Made by a program: the position numbers and the translations under genes
NCBI RefSeq assembly: GCF_009914755.1
Contig: NC_060948.1
DNA length: 64,000 nucleotides
Reading direction: 5' to 3' (one strand)
Source: the human T2T-CHM13v2.0 reference genome, Homo sapiens
The notes under the pieces: generated by a model
Databases searched by the model: none
What the model was told of the DNA's origin: nothing
Seen by the model: only the letters and a program-made list of their open reading frames with translations
Shown: positions 1 to 15,111 of the stretch, piece by piece
How positions within the stretch are numbered: position 1 is the first letter of the stretch
Layout of the letters: every line of letters starts with the position of its first letter

Positions 1-953
1 GAATGGAACGAAATTTCACGGAATGGAATCAAACTGAATGGAATCAAATCAATGGAATCTAATCAAATGTAATGGAAAGGAATTGAATGGAATAGATTGG
101 ATTGGATGGGATTGGAATGAAATGTACTGGAAAGGACTCGAATTTCATGAAACGGAATGGAATGAATTGGAACGGAGTGGACTCGAATGGAATGGAATGT
201 CATGGAATGGCATCAAATGGAATGGCATCAAATGGAATGGAATCGAATGCAATGGAATGCTATGGAATGGAATGGAATGCATTGGAATGGAATGTCCTCT
301 AATGGAATGGATTCGAGTGGAATGGAATCGAATATAATGGAGTCGAATGAAATGGAATTGAAAGGAATGGGATCGAATACAATGGAATATACTGGAATGT
401 AATGTAATGAACTCGAATGTAATTGACTGGAATGGAATGTACATGAATGGAATGTAATCGAATGGAAAGTAATCCAATGGAATAGAATCTAATGCATTAA
501 AATCGACTCAGATAGAGTAGAATGTAATGGAATGGAGTGCAGTGCAATGCAATTGAATGGAATGGAATGCAATGGAATGGAATGGAATGGAATGGAATGG
601 AATGGGATGGAATGGTATGGAATGGATAGTAATGGACTGGAGTGAAATGGACTGGAAAGGAATGGACTCAAATTGAAAGGGCTCGAAAGGAATGGAGTCA
701 AATGGAATGGTCTGGAATGGAATGAACACGAATGTAATGCAATCCAATAGAATGGAATCGAATGGCATGGAATATAAAGAAATGGAATCGAAGAGAATGG
801 AAACAAATGGAATGGAATTTAATGGAATGGGAAGGAATGGAGTGAAATTGTATGCAGTAGAAGAGAATAGAATGGAATGCAAGCGAAAGGAAAGGAATGG
901 ATTGGAATGGAATGGAATTCATTGGAATGGAAGGGAATGTAGTGTAATGGACA
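1..953. repeat. Partial DYZ1-type unit (5' edge)
   Basis: Sequence before the first GGCC (954); EcoRI GAATTC at 915-920. Confidence 0.85.
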
Positions 954-3900
954 GGCCTGGAATAAAGTGGAATGCTACGGTCTCGAATGGAATAAAAATG
1001 TATGGAATGGAATGCAATGAAACGGAATCGAATGTCATAGAATGTAATGGAATGCAAAAAAATGGAATCCAAAATCATTAACTGGAAAGGCTGGGTGTCG
1101 AAAGGAATTGACTCCAATGGAATGGAATCGAATGGAATGGAAGTGAATAGAATCGAACTAAATCGAATGGAATGGAATTGATAGGAACGGAATGGAAAGG
1201 AATGCAATGATTTGGCATGGAATGGAATCGAATGGCATCGAATGGAATGGAATGGAATGCAATGGAATGGAATGTATTAGAATGTAATGAACTTTAATGG
1301 AATGTACTCGAATGGATTCGACTGGAATGGAATGTTCTGGAAGTGAATGGACTCCAATGGAATGGATTCCAAAGGAATGGAATCGTACGGAATGGAATCT
1401 AATGGAATGGAATTAAATGGAAATGAATCAAATTGAATAGCACGGAATTGAATTGAATGGAATGGAATGCAATGGAATCTAATGAAACGGAAAGGAAAGG
1501 AATGGAATGGAATGGAATGGACTGGAATGGAAAGGAATCGAAACGAATGGAATGGAATCGAACTGAAGAGACTGGAATGGAATGCACTGGAATGGAAGGG
1601 AGTGTAATGGAAGGTTCTCGAAAAAAATGGAATCGAATGGAATGGAATTGAATGGAACGGAATAGAGTCGAATGGAATTGAATGGAATGGAATGGACTAG
1701 AGTGAAATGGAATCGAACCACAAGGAATGGACAGGAATAGAATGGTCTCGAATTGAATGGAATCGTATGGAATGGCATCAAACGGAATGGAATGGACAGC
1801 CACGGAATGGAATGCACTCGAATGCAATGGAGTCGAAACTAATGGACTGGAATAGAATGGACTCGACTGGTACGGACTCCAATGGAATGGAATCGAATGG
1901 AAGGGAATCGAACGGAATGGACTCGAAGGGAAAAGACTGCAATGGAAAGGTCTCGAATGGAATGGAAATTAATGGAATGGAATGGAATCGAATGAAATGG
2001 AGTCAAAAGGAATGGAATCGAATGGCAAGAAATCGAATGTAATGGAATCGCAAGGAATTGATGTGAACGGAATGGAATGGAATGGAATCCAAAGGAATGG
2101 AATAGAATGGAATGGAATCGAATGGAAAAGACTCGAATGGAAATCACTCGAATAGAATGCAATTTAATAAAATAGGATCAAATGTAATGGAATGGAATGG
2201 AAAGCAATCGAAACGAAAGGAATGGAGACAGATGGAATGGAATAGAACAGAGAGCAATGGTATAGAATGGAATGGAATCATCTGGAATGGAATTGAATGG
2301 AATGGAATAATATGAAATGGAATGGAATGGAATGGAATGGAATGCCCTTGAATTAAATGGACTGGAATGGAATGGACTCGAACAGAGTGGAATGGAAAGT
2401 GTTGAGATAGAATGGAATGGACTCCTTTGGAATGGTGTAGTATGAAATACAATCGACTGGCAGGGAATCAAAAGGAATGTAATCGAATGGATTGGACTGG
2501 AATGCAATGGACTCGAATAGATTGCAAACGGAATGCAAAGGAATGGAATGGAATAGTATGGAATGGAATGGAAAGGAATGGGGTGGAATAGACTAGAGTG
2601 GAATGGAATGGACTGGAAAGCAATGGACTGGAATGGAACTTTCTTGAATGGACTGGAATCAAACGGAATGGAATGCAATGCAATCAAATGGCATGGAATA
2701 AAATAGAATGAAAGAGAATCAAATGGAATTGAATCGAATGGAATCGAATGGATTGGAAAGAATAGAATGGAATGGAATGGAATGGACTAGAATGGAATGG
2801 ATTCGAATGGAAGGCAAAGGAATGGAATCTATTGGAATGGACTGTAATGGAATGGAATGGAAGGGATTGGAATGGACTCGAATGGAATTGACTGCAATAG
2901 AAAGGATTCGAATGGAATGAAAAAGAATTGAATGGAATAGAACAGAATGGAATCAAATCGAATGAAATGGAATGGAATAGAAAGGAATGGAATGAAATGG
3001 AATGGAAAGGATTCGAATGGAATGCAATCGAATGGAATGGAATCGAACGGAATGGAATAAAATGGAAGAAAACTGGCAAGAAATGGAATCGAAATGAATG
3101 GAGTGTTATGGAACGGACTCAAAAGGAATTGAATGTAATAGAATGGAGTGGAGTGGACTCGAATATAATGGACTGGAATGGAATGAAATCACATGGAATG
3201 GGAACGAATGGAATGGAATGGAAAGGAATGGAATGGAATGGAAAGGAATCGAATGGAAGGGAATGAAATTGAATCAACAGGAATGGAAGGGAATAGAATA
3301 GACGGTAATGGAATGGACTCGAATAGAATGGACACGAATGCTCAAATTGAATGGACTCGAAAGGAATGGAAAGGAAAGGAATGTCATCGAATGGAATTGA
3401 ATCGATTGGAATGAAATGGCATAGAATGGAGTGGAATCAAATGGAATTGAATCGAAAGGAAAGGAAGCGAATGGACTGAAATGAAATGGAATGGAATTGA
3501 ATGGAAAGTAATGCAATGGAATAGAATGGAACGAAATTTCACGGAATGGAATCAAACTGAATGGAATCAAATCAATGGAATCAAATCAAATGGAATGGAA
3601 AGGAATTGAATGGAGTAGATTGGATTGGATGGGATTGGAATGAAATGTACTGGAAAGGACTCGAATTTCATGAAACGGAATGGAATGAATTGGAACGGAA
3701 TGGACTCGAATGGAATGGAATGTCATCGAATGGCATCAAATGGAATGGCATCAAATGGAATGGAATCGAATGCAATGGAATGCTATGGAATGGAATGGAA
3801 TGCATTGGAATGGAATGTCCTCTAATGGAATGGATTCGAGTGGAATGGAATCGAATATAATGGAGTCGAATGAAATGGAATTGAAAAGAATGGGATCGAA

Positions 3901-4486
3901 TACAATGGAATATACTGGAATGTAATGTAATGAACTCGAATGTAATTGACTGGAATGGAATGTACATGAATGGAATGTAATCGAATGGAAAGTAATCCAA
4001 TGGAATAGAATGTAATGCAATAAAATCGACTCAGATAGAGTAGAATGTAATGGAATGGAGTGCAGTGCAATGGAATGGAATGGAATGGAATGCAATGGAA
4101 TGGAATGGAATGGAATGGAATGGGATGGAATGGTATGGAATGGATAGTAATGGACTGGAGTGAAATGGACTGGAATGGAATGGACTCAAATTGAAAGGGC
4201 TCGAAAGGAATGGAGACAAATGGAATGGTCTGGAATGGAATGAACACGAATGTAATGCAATCCAATAGAATGGAGTCGAATGGCATGGAATATAAAGAAA
4301 TGGAATCGAAGAGAATGGAAACAAATGGAATGGAATTGAATGGAATGGAATTGAATGGAATGGGAACGAATGGAGTGAAATTGTATGCAGTAGAAGAGAA
4401 TAGAATGGAATGCAAGCGAAAGGAAAGGAATGGATTGGAATGGAATGGAATTCATTGGAATGGAAGGGAATGTAGTGTAATGGACA
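954..4486. repeat. Unit H1, 3533 bp
   Basis: GGCC at 954 to GGCC at 4487; carries a 16-bp deletion near 2760. Confidence 0.88.
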
Positions 4487-7400
4487 GGCCTGGAATAAAG
4501 TGGAATGCTACGGTCTCGAATGGTATAAAAATGTATGGAATGGAATGCAATGAAACGGAATCGAATGTCATAGAATGTAATGGAATGCAAAAAAATGGAA
4601 TCCAAAATCATTGACTGGAAAGGCTGGGTGTCGAAAGGAATTGACTCCAATGGAATGGAATCGAATGGAATGGAAGTGAATAGAATCGAACTAAATCGAA
4701 TGGAATGGAATTGATAGGAACGGAATGGAAAGGAATGCAATGATTTGGCATGGAATGCAATCGAATGGCATCGAATGGAATGGAATGGAATGCAATGGAA
4801 TGGAATGTATTAGAATGTAATGAACTTTAATGGAATGTACTCGAATGGATTCGACTGGAATGGAATGTTCTGGAAGTGAATGGACTCCAATGGAATGGAT
4901 TCCAAAGGAATGGAATCGTACGGAATGGAATCTAATGGAATGGAATTAAATGGAAATGAATCAAATTGAATAGCACGGAATTGAATTGAATGGAATGGAA
5001 TGCAATGGAATCTAATGAAACGGAAAGGAAAGGAATGGAATGGAATGGAATGGGCTGGAATGGAAAGGAATCGAAACGAATGGAATGGAATCGAACTGAA
5101 GAGACTGGAATGGAATTCACTGGAATGGAAGGGAGTGTAATGGAAGGTTCTCGAAAAAAATGCAATCGAATGGAATGGAATTGAATGGAACGGAATAGAG
5201 TCGAATGGAATTGAATGGAATGGAATGGACTAGAGTGAAATGGAATCGAACCACAAGGAATGGACAGGAATAGAATGGTCTCGAATTGAATGGAATCGTA
5301 TGGAATGGCATCAAACGGAATGGAATGGACAGCCACGGAATGGAATGCACTCGAATGCAATGGAGTCGAAACTAATGGACTGGAATAGAATGGACTCGAC
5401 TGGTACGGACTCCAATGGAATGGAATCGAATGGAAGGGAATCGAACGGAATGGACTCGAAGGGAAAAGACTGCAATGGAAAGGTCTCGAATGGAATGGAA
5501 ATTAATTGAATGGAATGGAATCGAATGAAATGGAGTCAAAAGGAATGGAATCGAATGGCAAGAAATCGAATGTAATGGAATCGCAAGGAATTGATGTGAA
5601 CGGAACGGAATGGAATGGAATCCAAAGGAATGGAATATAATGGAATGGAATCGAATGGAAAGGACTCGAATGGAAATCACTCGAATAGAATGCAATTTAA
5701 TAAAATAGGATCAAATGTAATGGAATGGAATGGAAAGGAATCGAAACGAAAGGAATGGAGACAGATGGAATGGAATGGAACAGAGAGCAATGGTATAGAA
5801 TGGAATGGAATCATCTGGAATGGAATTGAATGGAATGGAATAATATGAAATGGAATGGAATGGAATGGAATGGAATGCCCTTGAATTAAATGGACCGGAC
5901 TCGAACAGAGTGGAATGGAAAGTGTTGAGATAGAATGGAATGGACTCCTTTGGAATGGTGTAGTATGCAATGCAATCGACTGGCAGGGAATCAAAAGGAA
6001 TGTAATGGAATGGATTGGACTGGAATGCAATGGACTCGAATAGATTGGAAACGGAATGCAAAGGAATAGAATGGAATAGTATGGAATGGAATGGAAAGGA
6101 ATGGAGTGGAATAGACTAGAGTGGAATGGAATGGACTGGAAAGCAATGGACTGGAATGGAACTTTCTTGAATGGACTGGAATCAAACGGAATGGAATGCA
6201 ATGCAATCAAATGGCATGGAATAACATAGAATGAAAGAGAATCAAATGGAATTGAATCGAATGGAATCGAATGGATTGGAAAGGAATAGAATGGAATGGA
6301 ATGGAATTGACTCAAATGGAATGGACTAGAATGGAATGGATTCGAATGGAAGGCAAAGGAATGGAATCTATTGGAATGGACTGTAATGGAATGGAATGGA
6401 AGGGATTGGAATGGACTCGAATGGAATGGACTGCAATAGAAAGGACTCGAATGGAATGAAAAAGAATTGAATGGAATAGAACAGAATGGAATCAAATCGA
6501 ATGAAATGGAATGGAATAGAAAGGAATGGAATGAAATGGAATGGAAAGGATTCGAATGGAATGCAATCGAATGGAATGGAATCGAACGGAATGGAATAAA
6601 ATGGAAGAAAACTGGCAAGAAATGGAATCGAAAGGAATGGAGTGTTATGGAACGGACTCAAAATGAATTGAATGTAATAGAATGGAGTGGAGTGGACTCG
6701 AATATAATGGACTGGAATGGAATGAAATCACATGGAATGGGAACGAATGGAATGGAATGGAAAGGAATGGAATCGAATGGAAAGGAATCGAATGGAAGGG
6801 AATGAAATTGAATCAACAGGAATGGAAGGGAGTAGAATAGACGGTAATGGAATGGACTCGAATAGAATGGACACGAATGCTCAAATTGAATGGACTCGAA
6901 TGGAATGGAAACGAAAGGAATGTCATCGAATGGAATTGAATCGATTGGAATGAAATCAAATAGAATGGAGTGGAATCAAATAGAATTGAATCGAAAGGAA
7001 AGGAAGCGAATGGACTGAAATGAAATGGAATGGAATTGAATGGAAATTAATGCAATGGAATAGAATGGAACGAAATTTCACGGAATGGAATCAAACTGAA
7101 TGGAATCAAATCAATGGAATATAATCAAATGGAATGGAAAGGAATTGAATGGAGTAGATTGGATTGGATGGGATTGGAATGAAATGCACTGGAAAGGACT
7201 CGAATTTCATGAAACGGAATGGAATGAATTGGAACGGAATGGACTCGAATGGAATGGAATGTCACGGAATGGCATCAAATGGAATGGCATCAAATGGAAT
7301 GGAATAGAATGCAATGGAATGCTATGGATTGGAATGGAATGCATTGGAATGGAATGTCCTCTAATGGAATGGATTCGAGTGGAATGGAATCGAATATAAT

Positions 7401-8035
7401 GGAGTCGAATGAAATGGAATTGAAAGGAATGGGATTGAATACCATGTAATATACTGGAATGTAATGTAATGAACTCGAATGTAATTGACTGGAATGGAAT
7501 GTACATGAATGGAATGTAATCGAATGGAAAGTAATCCAATGGAATAGAATCTAATGCAATAAAATCGACTCAAATAGAATAGAATGTAATGGAATGGAGT
7601 GCAGTGCAATGGAATGGAATGGAATGGAATGCAATGGAATGGAATGGAATGGAATGGAATGGAATGGAATGGGATGGAATGGTATGGAATGGATAGTAAT
7701 GGACTGGAGTGAAATGGACTGGAAAAGAATGGACTCAAATTGAAAGGGCTCGAAAGGAATGGAGTCAAATGGAATGGTCTGGAATGGAATGAATACGAAT
7801 GTAATGCAATCCAATAGAATGGAATCGAATGGTATGGAATATAAAGAATTGGAATCGAAGAGAATGGAAACAAATGGAATGGAATTGAATGGAATGGAAT
7901 TGAATGGAATGGGAACGAATGGAGTGAAATTGTATGCAGTAGAAGAGAATAGAATGGAATGCAAGCGAAAGGAAAGGAATGGATTGGAATGGAATGGAAT
8001 TCATTGGAATGGAAGGGAATGTAGTGTAATGGACA
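4487..8035. repeat. Unit H2, 3549 bp
   Basis: GGCC 4487 to 8036; extra EcoRI site at 5113-5118; 10-bp deletion near 5895. Confidence 0.88.
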
Positions 8036-11000
8036 GGCCTGGAATAAAGTGGAATGCTACGGTCTCGAATGGAATAAAAATATATGGAATAGAATGCAAT
8101 GAAACGGAATCGAATGTCATAGAATGTAATGGAATGCAAAAAAATGGACTCCAAAATCATTGACTGGAAAGGCTGGGTGTCGAAAGGAATTGCCTCCAAT
8201 GGAATGGAATCGAATGGAATGGAAGTGAATAGAATGGAACTAAATCGAATGGAATGGAATTGATAGGAACGGAATGGAAAGGAATGCAATGATTTGGCAT
8301 GGAATGGAATCGAATGGCATCGAATGGAATGGAATGGAATGCAATGGAATGGAATGTATTAGAATGTAATGAACTTTAATGGAATGTACTCGAATGGATT
8401 CGACTGGAATGGAATGTTCTCGAAGTGAATGGACTCCAATGGAATGGATTCGAAAGGAATGGAATCTAATGGAATGGAATTAAATGGAAATGAATCAAAT
8501 TGAATAGAACGGAATGGAATGGAATGGAATCGAATGCAATGGAATCTAATGAAACGGAAAGGAAAGGAATGGAATGGAATGGAATGGGCTGGAATTGAAT
8601 GGAATCGAAACGAATGGAATGGAGTCGAACTGAAGAGACTGAAATGGAATGCACTGGAATGGAAGGGAGTGTAATGGAAGGTTCTCGAAAAAAATGGAAT
8701 CGAAAGGAATGGAATTGAATGGAACGGAATAGAGTCGAATGGAATTGAATGGAATGGAATGGACTAGAGTGAAATGGAATCGAACCACAAGGAATGGACA
8801 GGAATAGAATGGTCTCGAATTGAATGGAATCGTATGGAATGGCATCAAACGGAATGGAATGGACAGCCACGGAATGGAATGCACTCGAATGCAATGGAGT
8901 CGACACTAATGGACTGGAATAGAATGGACTCGACTGGTACGGACTCCAATGGAATGGAATCGAATGGAAGGGAATGGAACGGAATGGACTCCAAGGGAAA
9001 AGACTGCAATGGAAAGGTCTCGAATGGAATGGAAATTAATGGAATGGAATGGAATCGAATGAAATGGAGTCAAAAGGAATGGAATCGAATGGCAAGAAAT
9101 CGAATGTAATGGAATCGCAAGGAATTGATGTGAACGGAACGGAATCGAATGGAATCCAAAGGAATGGAATAGAATGGAATGGAATCGAATGGAAAGGACT
9201 CGAATGGAAATCACTCGAATAGAATGCAATTTAATAAAATAGGATCAAATGTAATGGAATGGAATGGAAAGGAATCGAAACGAAAGGAATGGAGACAGAT
9301 GGAATGGAATGGAACAGAGAGCAATGGTATAGAATGGAATGGAATCATCTGGAATGGAATTGAATGGAATGGAATAATATGAAATGGAATGGAATGGAAT
9401 GGAATGCCCTTGAATTAAATGGACTGGAATGGAATGGACTCAAAGAGAGTGGAATGGAAAGTGTTGAAATAGAATGGAATGGACTCGTTTGGAATGGTCT
9501 AGTATGCAATGCAATCGACTGGCAGGGAATCAAGAGGAATGTAATCGAATGGATTGGACTGGAATGCAATGGACTCGAATAGATTGGAAACGGAATGCAA
9601 AGGAATGGAATGGAATAGTATGGAATGGAATGAAAGGAATGGAGTGGAATAGACTAGAGTGGAATGGAATGGACTCGAAAGCAATGGACTGGAATGGAAC
9701 TTTCTTGAATGGACTGGAATCAAACGGAATGGAATGCAATGCAATCAAATGGCATGGAATAAAATAGAATGAAAGAGAATCAAATGGAATTGAATCGAAT
9801 GGAATCGAATGGATTGGAAAGGAATAGAATGGAATGGAATGGAATTGACTCAAATGGAATGGACTAGAATGGAATGGATTCGAATGGAAGGCAAAGGAAT
9901 GGAATCTATTGGAATGGACTGTAATGGAATGGAATGGAAGGGATTGGAATGGACTCGAATGGAATGGACTGCAATAGAAAGGATTCGAATGGAATGAAAA
10001 AGAATTGAATGGAATAGAACAGAATGGAATCAAATCGAATGAAATGGAATGGAAGAGAAAGGAATGGAATGAAATGGAATGGAAAGGATTCGAATGGAAT
10101 GCAATCGAATGGAATGCAATCGAATGGAATGGAATCGAACGGAATGGAATAAAATGGAAGAAAACTGGCAAGAAATGGAATCGAAATGAATGGAGTGTTA
10201 TGGAACGGACTCAAAAGGAATTGAATGTAATAGAATGGAGTGGAGTGGACTCGAATATAATGGACTGGAATGGAATGAAATCACATGGAATGGGAACGAA
10301 TGGAATGGAATGGAAAGGAATGGAATGGAAAGGAATGGAATCGAATGGAAAGGAATCGAATGGAAGGGAATGAAATTGAATCAACAGGAATGGAAGGAAG
10401 TAGAATAGACGGTAATGGAATGGACTCGAATAGAATGGACACGAATGCTCAAATTGAATGGACTCGAATGGAATGGAAACGAAAGGAATGTCGTCGAATG
10501 GAATTGAATCGATTGGAATGAAATCGCATAGAATGCAGTGGAATCAAATGGAATTGAATCGAAAGGAAAGGAAGCGAATGGTCTGAAATGAAATGGAATG
10601 GAATTGAATGGAAAGTAATGCAAGGGAATAGAATGGAACGAAATTTCACGGAATGGAATCAAACTGAATGGAATCAAATCAATGGAATATAATCAAATGG
10701 CATGGAAAGGAATTGAATGGAGTAGATTGGATTGGATGGGATTGGAATGAAATGTACTGGAAAGGACTCGAATTTCATGAAATGGAATGGAATGAACTGG
10801 AACGGAATGGACTCGAATGGAATGGAATGTCATGGAATGGCATCAAATGGAATGGCATCAAATGGAATGGAATCGAATGCAATGGAATGTTATGGAATGG
10901 AATGGAATGCATTGGAATGGAATGTCCCCTAATGGAATGGATTCGAGTGGAATGGAATCGAATATAATGGAGTCGAATGAAATGGAATTGAAAGGAAAGG

Positions 11001-11582
11001 GATCGAATACAATGGAATATACTGGAATGTAATGTAATGAACTCGAATGTAATTGACTGGAATGGAATGTACATGAATGGAATGTAATCGAATGGAAAAT
11101 AATCTCATGGAATAGAATCTAATGCAATAAAATCGACTCAAATAGAATAGAATGGAATGGAATGGAGTGCAGTGCAATGGAATGGAATGGAATGGAATGC
11201 AATGGAATGGAATGGAATGGGATGGAATGGTATGGGATGGATAGAAATGGACTGGAGTGAAATGGACTAGAAAGTAATGGACTCAAATTGAAAGAGCTCG
11301 AAAGAATGGAGTCAAATGGAATGGTCTGGAATGGAATGAACACGAATGTAATGCAATCCAATAGAATGGAATCGAATGGCATGGAATATAAAGAAATGGA
11401 ATCGAAGAGAATGGAAACGAATGGAATGGAATTGAATGGAATGGAATTGAATGGAATGGGAACGAATGGAGTGAAATTGTATGCAGTAGAAGAGAATAGA
11501 ATGGAATGCAAGCGAAATTAAAGGAATGGTTTGGAATGGAATGGATTTCATTGGAATGGAAGGGAATGTATTGCAATGGACA
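8036..11582. repeat. Unit H3, 3547 bp
   Basis: GGCC 8036 to 11583; lacks the CGTACG module; canonical EcoRI site mutated (ggatttca near 11545). Confidence 0.88.
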
Positions 11583-14500
11583 GGCCTTTAATAAAGTGGA
11601 ATGCTACGGTCTCGAATGGAATAAAAATGTATGGAATGGAATTCAATGAAACGGAATCGAATGTCATAGAATGTAATGGAATGCAAAAAAATGGAATCCA
11701 AAATCATTGACTGGAAAGGCTGGGTGTCGAAAGGAATTGACTCCAATGGAATGAAATCGAATGGAATGGAAGTGAATAGAATCGAAGTAAATCGAATGGA
11801 ATGGAATTGTTAGGAACGGAATGGAAAGGAGTGCAATGATTTGGCATGGAATGGAATCGAATGGCATTGAATGGAGTGGAATGGAATGCAATGGAATGGA
11901 ATGTATTAGAATGTAATGAACATTAATGGAATGTACTCGAATGGATTCGACTGGAATGGAATGTTCTGGAAGTGAATGGACTCCAATGGAATGGATTCGA
12001 AAGGAATGGAATCTAATGGAATGGAATTAAATGGAAACGAATCAAATTGAATAGCACGGAATTGAATTGAATGGAATCGAATGCAATGGAATCTAATGAA
12101 ATGGAAAGGAAAGGAATGGAATGGAATGGAATGGGCTGGAGTTGAATGGAATCGATACGAATGGAATGGAATAGAACTGAAGAGACTGGAATGGAATTCA
12201 CTGGAATGGAAGGGAGTGTAATGGAAGGATCTCGAAAAAAATGGAATCGAATGGAATGGAATTGAATGGAACGGAATAGAGTCGAATTGAATTCACTGGA
12301 ATTGAATGGACTAGAGTGAAATGGAATCGAACCACAAGGAATGGAGAGGAATAGAATGGTCTCGAATTGAATGGAATCGTATGGAATGACATCAAACGGA
12401 ATGGAATGGACAGCCACGGAATGGAATGCACTCGAATGCAATGGAGTCGAAACTAATGGACTGGAATAGAATGGACTCGACTGGTACGGACTCCAATGGA
12501 ATGGAATCGAAAGGAAGGGAATCGAACGGAATGGACTCGAAGGGAAAAGACTGCAATGGAAAGGTCTCGAATGGAATGGAAATTAATGGAATGGAATGGA
12601 ATCGAATGAAATGGAGTCAAAAGGAATGGAATCGAATGGCAAGAAATCGAATGTAATGGAATCGCAAGGAATTGATGTGAACGGAACGGAATGGAATGGA
12701 ATCCAAAGGAATGGAATAGAATGGAATGGAATCGAATGGAAAGGACTCGAATGGAAATCACTCGAATAGAATGCAATTTAATAAAATAGGATCAAATGTA
12801 ATGGAATGGAATGGAAAGGAATCGAAACGAAAGGAATGGAGACAGATGGAATGGAATGGAACAGAGAGCAATGGTATAGAATGGAATGGAATCATCTGGA
12901 ATGGAATTGAATGGAATGGAATAACATGAAATGGAATGGAATGGAATGGAATGCCCTTGAATTAAATGGACTGGAATGGAATGGACTCGAACAGAGTGTA
13001 ATGGAAAGTGTTGAAATAGAATGGAATGGACTCCTTTGGAATGGTCTAGTATGCAATGCAATCGACTGGCAGGGAATCAAAAGGAATGTAATCGAATGGA
13101 TTGGACTGGAATGCAATGGACTCGAATAGATTGGAAACGGAATGCAAAGGAATGGAATGGAATAGTATGGAATGGAATGGAAAGGAATGGAGTGGAATAG
13201 ACTAGAGTGGAATGGAATGGACTGGAAAGCAATGGACTGGAATGGAACTTTCTTGAATGGACTGGAATCAAACGGAATGGAATGCAATGCAATCAAATGG
13301 CATGGAATAAAATGGAATGAAAGGGAATCAAATGGAATTGAATCGAATGGAATCGAATGGATTGGAAAGGAATAGAATGGAATGGAATGGAATTGACACA
13401 AATGGAATGGACTAGAATGGAATAGATTCGAATGGAAGGCAAAGGAATGGAATCTATTGGAATGGACTGTAATGGAATGGAATGGAAGGGATTGGAATGG
13501 ACTCGAATGGAATGGACTGCAATAGAAAGGATTCGAATGGAATGAAAAAGAATTGAATGGAATAGAACAGAATGGAATCAAATCGAATGAAATGGAATGG
13601 AATAGAAAGGAATGGAATGAAATGGAATGGAAAGGATTCGAATGGAATGCAATCGAATGGAATGGAATCGAACGGAATGGAATAAAATGGAAGAAAACTG
13701 GCAAGAAATGGAATCGAAATGAATGGAGTGTTATGGAACGGACTCAAAAGGAATTGAATGTAATAGAATGGAGTGGAGTGGACTCGAATATAATGGACTG
13801 GAAAGGAATGAAATCACATGGAATGGGAACGAATGGAATGGAATGGAAAGGAATGGAATCGAATGGAAAGGAATCGAATGGAAGGGAATGAAATTGAATC
13901 AACAGGAATGGAAGGGAATAGAATAGACGGTAATGGAATGGACTCGAATAGAATGGACACGAATGCTCAAATTGAATGGACTCGAATGGAATGGAAACGA
14001 AAGGAATGTCATCGAATGGAATTGAATCGATTGGAATGAAATCGCATAGAATGGAGTGGAATCAAATGGAATTGAATCGAAAGGAAAGGAAGCGAATGGA
14101 CTGAAATGAAATGGAATGGAATTGAATGGAAAGTAATGCAATGGAATAGAATGGAACGAAATTTCACGGAATGGAATCAAATCAATGGAATCAAATCAAA
14201 TGGAATGGAAAGGAATAGAATGGAGTAGATTGGATTGGATGGGATTGGAATGAAATGTACTGGAAAGGACTCGAATTTCATGAAACGGAATGGAATGAAT
14301 TGGAACGGAATGGACTCGAATGGAATGGAATGTCATGGAATGGCATCAAATGGAATGGCATCAAATGGAATGGAATCGAATGCAATGGAATGCTATGGAA
14401 TGGAATGGAATGCACTGGAATGGAATGTCCTCTAATGGAATGGATTCGAGTGGAATGGAATCGAATATAATGGAGTCGAATGAAATGGAATTGAAAGGAA

Positions 14501-15111
14501 TGGGATCGAATACAATGGAATATACTGGAATGTAATGTAATGAACTCGAATGTAATTGACTGGAATGGAATGTACATGAATGGAATGTAATCGAATGGAA
14601 AGTAATCCAATGGAATAGAATCTAATGCAATAAAATCGACTCAGATAGAGTAGAATGTAATGGAATGGAGTGCAGTGCAATGGAATGGAACGGAATGGAA
14701 TGGAATGCAATGGAATGGAATGGAATGGAATGGAATGGGATGGAATGGGATGGAATGGTATGGAATGGATAGTAATGGACTGGAGTGAAATGGACTGGAA
14801 AGGAATGGACTCAAATTGAAAGGGCTCGAAAGGAATGGAGTCAAATGGAATGGTCTGGAATGGAATGAACACGAATGTAATGCAATCCAATAGAATGGAA
14901 TCGAATGGCATGGAATATAAAGAAATGGAATCGAAGAGAATGGAAACAAATGGAATGGAATTGAATGGAATGGAATTGAATGGAATGGGAACGAACTGAG
15001 TGAAATTGTATGCAGTAGAAGGGAATAGAATGGAATGCAAGCGAAAGTAAAGGAATGGATTGGAATGGAATGGAATTCATTGGAATGGAAGGGAATGTAG
15101 TGTAATGGACA
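11583..15111. repeat. Unit H4, 3529 bp
   Basis: GGCC 11583 to 15112; diverged 5' part; 15-bp deletion near 14180. Confidence 0.88.

Noticed and set aside
961-2172. AATAAA hexamers (e.g. ~961, ~991, ~2166) and A7-8 runs as poly(A) signals
   Set aside because: They arise readily by substitution in GGAAT pentamers, and there is no supporting transcript context in the sequence.
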